From contig NC_003902.1 in assembly GCF_000007145.1 (NCBI RefSeq), forward strand, positions 1 through 32,000: a DNA stretch of 32,000 bases. The letters are read 5' to 3'. The position numbers were made by a program, and so were the translations under genes. The notes below the pieces were generated by a model, which was not told the DNA's origin, searched no databases, and saw only the letters and a list, made by a program, of their open reading frames with translations. This DNA comes from Xanthomonas campestris pv. campestris str. ATCC 33913 (lineage in GTDB: Bacteria > Pseudomonadota > Gammaproteobacteria > Xanthomonadales > Xanthomonadaceae). Shown piece after piece: positions 19,513 to 29,820 of this stretch. The first letter of the stretch is position 1; each line of letters opens with the position of its first letter.

Positions 19513-20853
19513 TCAGAACTTGTAGTTGATCGACGCGGCCAGCACGTCGCCGTGCACCTTGTAGCTGCCGGCCAGCGCGTTGCCGGTGGCAGTGGTGGTG
19601 TCGCTGGTCGGATCGCTGGTGAACAGGTGCGTATAGCCGAAGTTGTACTCGGCCTGCTGCGACGGGCGCCAGCTCAGACCCAGCGAGACCCACTTGCGGC
19701 TCGCGTCCGGCACGCGCACGTCACGGTGCTCGGCGGTGGTCGGGGTCTGGTCATACGCCACACCGCCACGCAGGGTCAGCGTCTCGCTCATGCGGTAGTC
19801 GGCACCGATCGAGGCGAAGGTGGTGTCGCGGTAGGAGAAGTCCAGCACGCTGTTGGGCTGATTGGAGGCGAAGTCCACGGTCACCTGGTCGAACTTGCTC
19901 CAGGCGGTGCGGGTGACGTCGGCCATGATCGACCACTGCTCGTTCACGTTGTGGGTGAAGCTGGCGGTGGCGCTGGCGGGCAGGGTCACGGTGGCGCGGC
20001 CCTTGGTATCGATGAAGGTGCCCGGTGCGGCGAAGCCCAGCGCGGCAGCGGCATTGCCCGGCACGGTGAAGTCGGCGTCGCCGTCGGTGATCTTGTGCTC
20101 CACTTCCGAGCGGTAGCTGAAGCCGATGTGGGTGTTCTCATCGATGCTGAACAAGCCGCCGAGGGTGAAGCCCACTTCGGTGCTGTCGCCCTTGATGCGC
20201 GAGTAGCCATCGGCGCTGCCCGGCGCGAAGCCCGGTGCGCGACGCGCGGCCAGGATGCTGCCGAAGTCCACCGCGTTGCCCAGGTCGATATCCAGACGCT
20301 CCGCGAACACCGACGCGCCGAACGACACGTAGGGGTTCACGTCGTAGGAGAACGCGACGTTGAAGTCGATCGCCTGCAGCTCGGTCTTGGTGCCGTGGTA
20401 GCGGCCGGTCCAGTCGCGGTCGTATTCGGTCTTGAAGCCGAACGGCACGGTCAGCGACGTACCCAGGTGCATGTTGTTGTTCTCACCGAACGGCACGTGG
20501 AAATACGCTGCCGGGACCGGCGCGATCATGCCCGCGTCGCCGCCGTTACCGCCGGAGATCGGGGCGCCGTTGGCGTAGCTGCCGCCTTCGCCCTGGTACT
20601 TGGCCGAGAAGCTGATGGCGCTGACGTCGGCCTGGAACAGGCGGCCGTCCAGCTGGCGCATGCCGGCCGGGTTGTTGGCGATGATCGATGCGTCGTCCGG
20701 GGCGCTGCCCGAACCTGCGAAGGCGCGGCCGAGGCCCTTGGCGCTGTTTTCCTTCAGCTGGAAGGCGGCACCGTGTGCCTGGCCAACGGCCAGCACGCCG
20801 GCAATACCAACGGCCAGCAGGGTGGCGCGGCTGAGAGTGGAAGCGGTAGACAT
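19513..20853 (-). CDS. outer-membrane transport protein, OMPP1/FadL/TodX family
   Basis: ORF 19513..20955. Start at ATG 20853 (MSTASTLSRATLLAVGIAGVLAVGQAHG|AAFQLKENSAKGLGRAFAG) with SD GGAGAG. Signal peptide, family-typical N-terminus and C-terminal ...INYKF. Confidence 0.85.
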   Translation of the reverse strand: MSTASTLSRATLLAVGIAGVLAVGQAHGAAFQLKENSAKGLGRAFAGSGSAPDDASIIANNPAGMRQLDGRLFQADVSAISFSAKYQGEGGSYANGAPISGGNGGDAGMIAPVPAAYFHVPFGENNNMHLGTSLTVPFGFKTEYDRDWTGRYHGTKTELQAIDFNVAFSYDVNPYVSFGASVFAERLDIDLGNAVDFGSILAARRAPGFAPGSADGYSRIKGDSTEVGFTLGGLFSIDENTHIGFSYRSEVEHKITDGDADFTVPGNAAAALGFAAPGTFIDTKGRATVTLPASATASFTHNVNEQWSIMADVTRTAWSKFDQVTVDFASNQPNSVLDFSYRDTTFASIGADYRMSETLTLRGGVAYDQTPTTAEHRDVRVPDASRKWVSLGLSWRPSQQAEYNFGYTHLFTSDPTSDTTTATGNALAGSYKVHGDVLAASINYKF

Positions 20854-20940
20854 GAGTTGTTGCTCTCCGGAATAAAGACTGCAGTGGTCGGTACAGCGCC
20901 CGCGCCCAGTGGCCAACATGGCCCTGGAGCGCGCCGGAGA

Positions 20941-20950
20941 CCCCCCCCCC
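20941..20950. repeat. homopolymeric C10 (G10 on the coding strand of the FadL-like gene)
   Basis: Ten consecutive C, 88-97 nt upstream of the FadL-like ATG, in the divergent intergenic region shared with the rhomboid gene. Confidence 0.95.
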
Positions 20951-20969
20951 GACATACGACGCCGTACGC

Positions 20970-20997
20970 AGTATAACCACGACGATTAACCGAACAA
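20970..20997 (-). promoter_or_regulatory. candidate sigma70 promoter of the FadL-like gene (TTGTTC-16-TATACT)
   Basis: On the minus strand, -35 TTGTTC at 20997-20992 and -10 TATACT at 20975-20970 with a 16-nt spacer. This would place the G10 tract in the 5' UTR. Confidence 0.3.
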
Positions 20998-21073
20998 TAA
21001 CGAAGTGCGCGTTATCAGCCCGGTCAGGTTAGGGGTGGGTTCAGGACGGTGAACCCGCTATTGTGCCACTCCG

Positions 21074-21766
21074 ATGTTTGTCTCGATCCCCTCCCGCAAG
21101 AAATCCGCGCCGCGCTGGGCGGTGCCGCTGCTGTTCGCGGCCGTCTGGCTGGCCTATCTGTGGTCGATCAGCCGCCCGACCGAGGCGCGCAATACGCTGT
21201 GGCTGGACTGGGGCGCGCTGTCCATCGGCGTCTCCAATCTCGGCGACTGGTGGGCCACCTTGCGCGACGGCAGCGTGCTGCGCCTGTTCACCGCGCTGTT
21301 CCTGCACGCGGACTGGTCGCACCTGTTGGGGAACCTGGTGTTCCTGCTGATCTTCGGGTTGCCGGCCGAGCGCATCCTCGGGCCCTGGCGGCTGTTGCTG
21401 CTGTTCCTGCTGGGCGGCGCGGCCTCCAACCTGGCGGCGATCTTCGCCATCGGCACGCCGGACCGGGTGATCATCGGCGCCTCCGGTGCGGTGTCGGCGT
21501 TGATCGGCACCTATCTGGCGCTGTTTCCCGGCGCCAAGCTCGGTGTGGTGCTGCCGCTGGGCGTGTTCCTGGAATTCATTCGCGTGCCGGCGCCATTGTT
21601 GATCGGTGCGTGGGCGGTGCTGCAGGTGGTGTTTGCCTATATCGGCCCGGCCTTCGGCATGGTGGCGTGGTCGGCGCACATTGCCGGTTTCGTGTTCGGC
21701 ATCGTCTATGGGTTGTATGTGCGCGCGGCGATCGCGCGGCGGCTGCGCAAGCGCCACGGGTTCTAG
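21074..21766 (+). CDS. rhomboid-family intramembrane serine protease
   Basis: 230 aa with 6 TM helices. Catalytic GASGAVSALIG and HIAGFVFG. Also the HADWSHLLGN motif. Confidence 0.88.
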   Translation: MFVSIPSRKKSAPRWAVPLLFAAVWLAYLWSISRPTEARNTLWLDWGALSIGVSNLGDWWATLRDGSVLRLFTALFLHADWSHLLGNLVFLLIFGLPAERILGPWRLLLLFLLGGAASNLAAIFAIGTPDRVIIGASGAVSALIGTYLALFPGAKLGVVLPLGVFLEFIRVPAPLLIGAWAVLQVVFAYIGPAFGMVAWSAHIAGFVFGIVYGLYVRAAIARRLRKRHGF

Positions 21767-21782
21767 CGCCCTGCCCTGCGCC

Positions 21783-21788
21783 TATAAT
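21783..21788 (+). promoter_or_regulatory. perfect TATAAT -10 box positioned for a leaderless DUF1820 transcript
   Basis: TATAAT ends 6 nt before the A of ATG 21795. There is no SD in between. The -35 (TTCTAG at 17-nt spacing) is weak. Confidence 0.4.
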
Positions 21789-21794
21789 CGCCGC

Positions 21795-22115
21795 ATGTCC
21801 AAGCCCTTGTACAAAGTCACCTTCCTCAATCACGGCAAGGTGTACGAGCTCTACGCCCAGCACGTCACCGGCAGCCATCTGTGGGGCTTCAACCAGATCA
21901 GCGAGCTGGTGTTCGACGTGCATGACGGGTTGGTGGTCGACCCCACCGAAGAGCGCCTGCGCGAAGAGTTCGGCAACACCAAGGTGCTGCACCTGCCCAT
22001 GCAGAGCATCGTGCGCATCGAGGAAGTGGAAAAGAAGGGGCAGTCGGTGATCCGCGATGCCACCACCGGCGACAAGGTGGTCACCCCGTTCCCGCTGCCG
22101 ACCAAGCCACGCTGA
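21795..22115 (+). CDS. DUF1820-family protein
   Basis: ORF 21606..22115 overlaps the rhomboid 3' end, so I place the start at ATG 21795 (MSKPLYKVTFLNHGKVYELYAQHV...), 106 aa. The sequence resembles the small conserved DUF1820 proteins of gamma-proteobacteria (recognition only). Confidence 0.75.
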   Translation: MSKPLYKVTFLNHGKVYELYAQHVTGSHLWGFNQISELVFDVHDGLVVDPTEERLREEFGNTKVLHLPMQSIVRIEEVEKKGQSVIRDATTGDKVVTPFPLPTKPR

Positions 22116-23101
22116 TGCGCATTCTGGTGCCGGACGATTACCAGGGCGCCGTGCGCGCCCTGCCCTGCCTGCAGCGTCTGCAGGGCCATGAAGTGCAGGT
22201 GCTGGGCGCGCTGGCCACCGATCCCAACGAATGGGCCGAGCGGCTGGTGGAAGCCGATGCGCTGGTATTGATCCGCGAACGTACCCGCGTGGACGCCACG
22301 TTGCTGCGGCGCCTGCCGCGGTTGAAACTGATCAGCCAGACCGGCCGCATTGGCCCGCATGTGGATGTGGCGGCCTGCACCGAGTTTGGCGTGGCGGTCA
22401 CCGAGGGCGTGGGCTCGCCGGTCGCGCCGGCCGAGTTGACCTGGGCGTTGATCCTGTCCGCCAGCCGGCGCCTGACCGAATACCAGCGCGCCCTGCATCA
22501 AGGCCGCTGGCAGGCGCTGGGCGATTCCGCGTTGGGGCGCACCTTGCATGGGCGCACGCTGGGCATCTGGAGCTACGGCCGTATCGGCCAACGCGTGGCC
22601 GCATTCGGGCGGGCGTTTGGCATGCACGTGCTGGTGTGGGGCGGTGAAGTGTCGTGCGCGCAGGCGGCGCGCGATGGCTATGCAATCGCCGACAGCCGAG
22701 AGGCTTTGTTCGAACGCAGCGATGTGCTGTCGCTGCACCGGCGCCTGAGCGCGCAGACCCGGCATGACGTGACCACCGCCGACCTGCTGCGCATGCGCCC
22801 CGACGCGTTGCTGGTCAACACCAGCCGCGCAGAGCTGATCGCACCGGGCGCGTTGATCGCGGCCCTGGACGCCGGCCGCCCTGGGCACGCCGCCGTGGAT
22901 GTGTTCGAGCGCGAACCGGTCCTGGATGCGCGCGACCCGCTGCTGCAACACCCGCGCGTGCTGGCCACCCCGCACCTGGGCTATGTGGAACGCGACAGCT
23001 ACGCGGCTTACTTCGAGGCCGCATTCGACAACGTGCTGGCGTTCGCTGCTGGCACACCGCGCAACCTGGTCAATCCTGAGGCGTTGCTGGTTGCGCGTTA
23101 G
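22115..23101 (+). CDS. D-isomer-specific 2-hydroxyacid dehydrogenase family protein
   Basis: 328 aa. The start overlaps the upstream stop (TGATG). NAD-binding GIWSYGRIGQRVA. Catalytic-domain pattern ...NTSRAELI...DVFEREP...TPHLGY. Confidence 0.88.
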   Translation: MRILVPDDYQGAVRALPCLQRLQGHEVQVLGALATDPNEWAERLVEADALVLIRERTRVDATLLRRLPRLKLISQTGRIGPHVDVAACTEFGVAVTEGVGSPVAPAELTWALILSASRRLTEYQRALHQGRWQALGDSALGRTLHGRTLGIWSYGRIGQRVAAFGRAFGMHVLVWGGEVSCAQAARDGYAIADSREALFERSDVLSLHRRLSAQTRHDVTTADLLRMRPDALLVNTSRAELIAPGALIAALDAGRPGHAAVDVFEREPVLDARDPLLQHPRVLATPHLGYVERDSYAAYFEAAFDNVLAFAAGTPRNLVNPEALLVAR

Positions 23102-23595
23102 GGTGTGAGGTTGCGTGGTTGCGTTGCGGATTGCTGCTGCGCCGTCGCTGCCGACGTCTCATGCGCGAACGGCTCGTCATCACCCGCTCTCCTAGAGTGA
23201 TGTAGCGAAAACAGCTGCAGCAATACGCATGTGTCCATGCGGCTTCCCGCAAGCACGCGTCGTGGTCCTGCGATGCACCGTGCGCCCAAGAGGCACGACC
23301 GCATGTCTTGCTGGCCATCAATGACCTGCAGGGAGCACGCATGAGCGACACAACGGCGAGGTTTAGAACCCGCCGTATTGGTTGCAGCGTGGCACGCCTC
23401 ACGCGCACGTGCGGCCGGCGTTATCCGGACTGGTCGTGCTGCTGCGCTGCGTATCGATCGCGGTGTGACGCATTCGCGCGATATGCAGTGCGTGCATTCC
23501 ATGTCACCCAGCTTAGGTGGTGAGCGCGAATCACTGCATCGAGCAGCGCGGCACCCGCAAAAAGCCGGCAGAGAATCGTTATTGATGAAGTGTTT

Positions 23596-23621
23596 TCAAC
23601 GCGCAACCTCAACGCGCAACT
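23596..23621 (+). repeat. 13-nt tandem duplication TCAACGCGCAAC(C/T) x2
   Basis: Seen directly, 12/13 identical units. Confidence 0.9.
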
Positions 23622-23695
23622 GCGTCGCTGGGAGAGTGCTTAGGCTAGGTGCCCTCGCCCAGCGATCCACGCTGCTGGCGATGACGCGCCAAAGA

Positions 23696-23734
23696 CGCTC
23701 TACACGTTTAATGACGTGCACTGCTCAGAGTTCC
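23696..23734 (+). repeat. spacer-repeat core, copy d (same family as 13398/13547/13791)
   Basis: CGCTCTACACGTTTAATGACGTGCACTGCTCAGAGTTCC. Shares CGCTC.ACAC, TGACGTGCA and the terminal TTCC with copy b. The upstream AGCGATCCACG resembles AGCGATGGACG of copy c. Confidence 0.5.
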
Positions 23735-24001
23735 TACGTATCGCGCGCATCAGCAAGTGAGTGCGACCAAGCGTGGAAGACCACCTGCACAAAGCGCCGG
23801 CATCTTGCTGAGAGTTTTTCAACGGCAAGAAGCTGTCGCCTGGCGACCGGCGATGCCGACGAAACGTACCGCTCTTCCGCAAACGTCATGCGTCCACTCA
23901 CCGCACACGTCGCTGACAATGGCTGTAGGTTAACGGCACGATGCACTACGAGCCGTGTCCGACGCACTCATGCCCGCATGCACACCAGCACCAGCTGCGC
24001 A

Positions 24002-24026
24002 CTGCGGGTGCACGTGGCACCCGCAG
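24002..24026 (-). terminator. perfect 10-bp hairpin just downstream of ctpA (no U-tract)
   Basis: CTGCGGGTGC-ACGTG-GCACCCGCAG, 10 nt after the ctpA stop on the minus strand. No T-run follows. Confidence 0.35.
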
Positions 24027-24035
24027 CACTGCCCG

Positions 24036-25523
24036 TTACTTGACCGGTTCGGCCGGCACAGCTGCCGGTGCTGGCGCCGCCGGCTTGGCCTTGTCCGTCG
24101 GCTCGGACGGCGTGGTCTGCTCGCTGGCGGGCGGGCGTGGTGCGGCGGGCTTGGGCTCGGGCGTTGGCTTGATGGCCTTGGGCTTTTGCGCTTGCGCCTT
24201 GGCCTTGCGCGCGGCCTGGGCCTTGGCAACAGAACCAGGTTGCTTGAGTTCGGCCAGCGCCTCGTTGATCGGGCCATCGCCCGGCAGCACGTCGCCGGCG
24301 CTGTAGCCCTCCTCACCTTCTGCATCGCCGCGCAGGTGGCCCGGTAGGGTTGCCTCGCTGAAGTCGGTGAGGCTGGCCGGCACGTCGGCGTCGCCGGGCT
24401 GCGGTTCGGGGGTGAGCATCACTTCGGGCACGATGCCGCTGGCCTGGATCGACTTGCCACTGGGCGTGTAATAGCGCGCGGTGGTGAGCTTGACCGAGTC
24501 GCCGTTGTCCAGCGGCAACACGGTCTGCACCGAGCCCTTGCCGAAGGTGCGGCTGCCGATGATGCGCGCGCGCTGGTTGTCGCGCAGCGCGCCAGCCAAC
24601 ACTTCCGACGCGCTCGCCGAGCCGGCGTCCACCAGCACCACCACCGGCGCACCGCCGAGCAAATCGCCCGGGGTTGCGTCGAACTTGGCGTCGCTGATGG
24701 AGATGCGCCCGCGCGTGCTGACGATGTTGCCCTTGTCGAGCAGATCGTCGGCAACCTGCACGGCCGAGGTCAGCAGGCCGCCCGGGTTGCTGCGCAGGTC
24801 CAGCACCAGGCCACGCAGCTTGCCGCCGGCCTGCAGTTGCTTGAGGTTCTTCTGGAAGTCGGCGCCGGTGTCGGCCTGGAAGGTGCTGATGCGGATGTAG
24901 CCATAGCCGGGTTCGAGCAGCTTGCTGCGCACGCTGGCCACGCGAATGGTTTCGCGCTGCAGGGTGATGTCGAACGGTTTGGCGACCTTGTCACGCACGA
25001 TGGTCAGCGTGACCTTGCTGCCGGACTCGCCGCGCAGCGGCTCCATTGCCTTGCTGGCGTCGATCGGTTTGCCGTCGATGGCCACGATCACATCGCCCGC
25101 CTTGACACCGGCGCGTGCAGCCGGCGTGTCGTCGATCGGCGCAATCACCTTGAGCGTGTTGTCCTGCTGCTGCAGCAGTTCCACGCCGATACCGTCATAG
25201 GCGCCGGTGGCCTGTTCGTCGAAGGCCTCGGCGTCTTCCTTGTCGAAGTAGGTGCTGTGCGGATCCAGGTCCGACAGCAGGCCGCGCACGGCCGCGTGCA
25301 TCAGCTTCTTGTCCTCGACCGGGTCCACGTAGGCCTGCTTGACCGCGTTGTACACGGCCACGAAGCGGCGGATCTCGTCCAGCGGCACCTTGGAGACGGC
25401 GGCTTCGTTGGCTTCCGGGTCGTCCGCGGTGGCCGGTGCGGCAGCGGGGCTGGCCTGCTGTGCCCAACCGGGCGACGCGAACAGGGCCAGCGACAGGGCA
25501 ACGGACAGGACGGCTACGCGCAT
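24036..25523 (-). CDS. ctpA: S41-family carboxy-terminal processing protease
   Basis: ORF 24036..26147. Start at ATG 25523 (MRVAVLSVALSLALFASPGWA|QQ) with SD GGAG. PDZ domain (GDVIVAIDGKPI), S41 core (RSNPGGLL, GSASASE, GKGSVQ). Ends in a Pro/Ala/Lys-rich tail of about 60 aa. Confidence 0.92.
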   Translation of the reverse strand: MRVAVLSVALSLALFASPGWAQQASPAAAPATADDPEANEAAVSKVPLDEIRRFVAVYNAVKQAYVDPVEDKKLMHAAVRGLLSDLDPHSTYFDKEDAEAFDEQATGAYDGIGVELLQQQDNTLKVIAPIDDTPAARAGVKAGDVIVAIDGKPIDASKAMEPLRGESGSKVTLTIVRDKVAKPFDITLQRETIRVASVRSKLLEPGYGYIRISTFQADTGADFQKNLKQLQAGGKLRGLVLDLRSNPGGLLTSAVQVADDLLDKGNIVSTRGRISISDAKFDATPGDLLGGAPVVVLVDAGSASASEVLAGALRDNQRARIIGSRTFGKGSVQTVLPLDNGDSVKLTTARYYTPSGKSIQASGIVPEVMLTPEPQPGDADVPASLTDFSEATLPGHLRGDAEGEEGYSAGDVLPGDGPINEALAELKQPGSVAKAQAARKAKAQAQKPKAIKPTPEPKPAAPRPPASEQTTPSEPTDKAKPAAPAPAAVPAEPVK

Positions 25524-25780
25524 GAAGCACTCCGAAAAGAGAGAAGACGCCCCACAGCGCGGCGCTGGCTGGATTATGCGCGAAGCAGCGGTAAATCCGC
25601 GTTGAATCGCCGTCAACGCCGGCGTATGTGCGAAGCACCGGCAAGGCTGCGCGATGAGATCTGCTGCGGTGCTGCCGTCGGGACAGTCCGCAGCGACACT
25701 CTGGCGCCGCGAACTGCCGGCATGTGAGCGGCAACACCATGCAGCAAGCAGACGCCGGATAAGTGCGGCGCCCCATGCAC

Positions 25781-27070
25781 TCAGCGGCGCTGCAGCCAGC
25801 TCGAAGGATCCACTGGCTGGCCGTTGCGACGCAGCTCGAAGTACAGCGCCGGCACACCCTGCCCGCCCGAACTGCCGACCTTGGCCACGGCCTCGCCACG
25901 CTTGATGCTGGCGCCCGCATCGCGCAGCAAGGTGTCGTTGTGCGCGTACAGGCTCATGTAGCCGTTGCCGTGATCCACGATCAGGATCATGCCGTAGCCG
26001 GTCATCCAGTCGGAAAACACCACCGTGCCATCGGCCACCGCGGTGACCGTGCTGCCCTTGGGCGCGCCGATCAGCACGCCCTTGCTGGTATGGCCATCCG
26101 GCAGCGTGGCGTTGAAGCGCGCCAGCAGGTTGCCCGACACCGGCCAACTCAGGCCACCGACCTTTGGCGCCGGTGCGTTGGCCACGACCTTGGGCGGTGT
26201 CTTGCCGGGGCGTTCCGGGCGATCGGTTTTGCCGCGCTTGGCCTGCGCGGCGGCTTCGGCGGCCGCACGCTTGGCCGCCGCGCGGCGCTCGGCTTCTGCC
26301 TTGGCCGCGGCTGCACGCAGATTGGCCAGCAACTGCTCCAGCGCCTTGGCATCCTGGCCCAGGGCTTTCTCGCGCTCGGCGCGCTGTTGATAGCGGGTGT
26401 CCAGTTGCGCAACGGTGGCGGCCTGCTGCGAGCGGTCTTTCAGCAGCGACGAGGCCTGTGCTTTTTGTTGTGCGCGTGCGGCGTCCAGCGCCTGGCGCCG
26501 CTCGGTGATTTGCTGCTCGACCTGGGTCAGTGCTTCCAGTTGCGTGGTGAGCCCCTGGATGCGCTGCGCGCGTGCGCTCTGCACGTAGCGGTGGTCGGCC
26601 AGCATGCGCGTGGCATTGCCCACGGTGTCTTGTGACAACAGCACTTTCAGCGGCGCGTTGCGGCCCACATGGTCGGCGGCGCGCAGCAGTGCGGCCAACT
26701 GCACGCGTTGCTCGCGCAGGCCACGCTGCAGCTGCGCGCGCTGCTGCTGCAGTTCGGAGAGTTTCTGTTCGTGCGTGCGCAGCGCGGTTTCGGTCTCGCT
26801 CAGCGCACGTGCGGTCTTGGCGACTTTTTCATCGGCCTGGCGCAGCTGCTGGGCGGCGGTGCCGCGCTTGCCTTCCAGGTCGCGGCGGTCGGCGCTGATG
26901 GTTTTCAGTTCATCGCGCAATTGCTGCAGCTTGCGCTCGGCCTCGCGCTGGCTCTGCGCCCCGGCGCTGGTGCCGGCCAGCAGCGTGCAGGCGAACACGG
27001 CCGCGGCCAGCCATGCGCGTGCGGGCGGGCTGCGGGTCGGGTGCGGCAATGGCGCGGCGGCAGGAGGCAA
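25781..27070 (-). CDS. envC: murein hydrolase activator EnvC-like (coiled coil + degenerate LytM/M23 domain)
   Basis: 429 aa. The start (TTG 27070 or 27049) is uncertain. Signal peptide, long Gln/Ala/Arg/Leu-rich coiled coil, and a C-terminus (SKGVLIGAPKGSTVTAVADGTVVFSDWMTGYGMILIVDHGNGYMSLYAHN...VGSSGGQGVPALYFELRRNGQPVDP) closely similar to E. coli EnvC, including loss of the HxxxD metal ligands. Confidence 0.85.
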   Translation of the reverse strand: MPPAAAPLPHPTRSPPARAWLAAAVFACTLLAGTSAGAQSQREAERKLQQLRDELKTISADRRDLEGKRGTAAQQLRQADEKVAKTARALSETETALRTHEQKLSELQQQRAQLQRGLREQRVQLAALLRAADHVGRNAPLKVLLSQDTVGNATRMLADHRYVQSARAQRIQGLTTQLEALTQVEQQITERRQALDAARAQQKAQASSLLKDRSQQAATVAQLDTRYQQRAEREKALGQDAKALEQLLANLRAAAAKAEAERRAAAKRAAAEAAAQAKRGKTDRPERPGKTPPKVVANAPAPKVGGLSWPVSGNLLARFNATLPDGHTSKGVLIGAPKGSTVTAVADGTVVFSDWMTGYGMILIVDHGNGYMSLYAHNDTLLRDAGASIKRGEAVAKVGSSGGQGVPALYFELRRNGQPVDPSSWLQRR

Positions 27071-27168
27071 ACGAAAGTTCCAGTGACTTCAGGCAGGTGC
27101 GCGATTGTAGCCAAGCATGGTGTGATCGCTGCCACGTTACCGATATCCGCCGCGGCGGGAGGTTCAGC

Positions 27169-27825
27169 ATGAAGCACGCGCATTGGATCCTCGTGTTCTC
27201 CCTGGCCTGCGGCAGCGCCTGGGCCGATGAGGACATCAGCAAGGTCAATGGCCGCATCAGCGCCGAGGCCGGCAAGACCTACGGCGACCTGGAAACGGTC
27301 AACGGTTCCATCGAGATCGGCGCCGCGACGCAGACCAAGAACGTGGAAACCGTCAATGGCAGTATCCAGGTTGGCGAGCATGCCCGCACCGGCGGTGTCT
27401 CCACCGTCAACGGCGGCATCCGCCTGGGCAGCAAGGTGGTGGTGTCGGGCAATCTGGAAACCGTCAACGGCTCGGTGCTGGCCGAGCGCGGCAGCCAGAT
27501 CAGTGGTGGCGTGGAAACCGTCAACGGCAGCATCGGGCTGGTGGAAACCGAGCTGGGCAAGGGCATCGAGACCGTCAACGGCGACATCACCGTGGGCGTG
27601 GGGTCGCACGTACGTGGCGGGATCCTGGTCACCAAGCCCAATTTCGGCTTCTCGTTCAAGCCGAACCGCAAGCCGCGCGTGATCATCGGCCCGAATGCGG
27701 TGGTCGATGGCCCGCTGAAGTTCGAACGCGAGGTCACCTTGTACGTGCACCGCAGCGCCAAGATCGGCGCGGTCACCGGGGCCACCGCGCGCAGCTTCGA
27801 TGGCGATGTGGCGCCGGAGGACTGA
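27169..27825 (+). CDS. secreted repeat protein (7 x 18-19 aa 'ETVNGSI' units, predicted beta-helix/solenoid)
   Basis: ORF 27013..27825. Start at ATG 27169 with SD GGGAGG. Signal peptide MKHAHWILVFSLACGSAWA|DED. Seven units containing xVNGxI at 54/57-nt periodicity. The repeats resemble those of DUF4097-type putative adhesins or bactofilin-like folds (uncertain). Confidence 0.7.
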   Translation: MKHAHWILVFSLACGSAWADEDISKVNGRISAEAGKTYGDLETVNGSIEIGAATQTKNVETVNGSIQVGEHARTGGVSTVNGGIRLGSKVVVSGNLETVNGSVLAERGSQISGGVETVNGSIGLVETELGKGIETVNGDITVGVGSHVRGGILVTKPNFGFSFKPNRKPRVIIGPNAVVDGPLKFEREVTLYVHRSAKIGAVTGATARSFDGDVAPED

Positions 27826-27883
27826 CGCGCTCACCACCGCCTGCGCCTAGAATCGGGAACCCCCGCCGCACCGAGGAGTCCCG

Positions 27884-29668
<1,785 letters not shown>

Positions 29669-29786
29669 GCTGCGGGCAGCCCCTGTGACCGCGCGCTGCG
29701 TGGTGACAGGGGCTGCAGCGGCTTGCTACAACCAGTGCGAAATGCTGGCACGTTGGGTCCAACGTCTGACGCACTTAGCGCCGAAC

Positions 29787-29820
29787 AAAAAAGGGCCTCC
29801 GCATGGAGGCCCTTCGTTTG
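29787..29820. terminator. bidirectional rho-independent terminator (M28 gene on plus strand / PepSY gene on minus strand)
   Basis: A6-GGGCCTCC-GCAT-GGAGGCCC-TTCGTTTG. On the minus strand the 8-bp stem is followed by T6. Confidence 0.75.

Noticed and set aside
19498-20976. 492-aa plus-strand ORF. Similar long shadow ORFs occur at 27773-29428 (-), 29867-31144 (+), 11994-13118 (-), 15481-16464 (+) and 21851-22975 (-)
   Set aside because: All are antisense to, or out of frame with, genes that have clear family signatures. Their translations are Arg/Gly/Ala/His-rich with no motifs, the typical high-GC artefact.
25524-26147. N-terminal extension making ctpA a 703-aa protein overlapping envC
   Set aside because: The extension is Arg/Gly/Ala-rich and overlaps the envC 3' end in another frame. 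A canonical signal peptide with SD begins at ATG 25523. The same logic trimmed recF (3531 to 3633), the oxygenase (19045 to 18883), the FadL-like gene (20955 to 20853), DUF1820 (21606 to 21795), the repeat protein (27013 to 27169) and GH5 (31987 to 31942).
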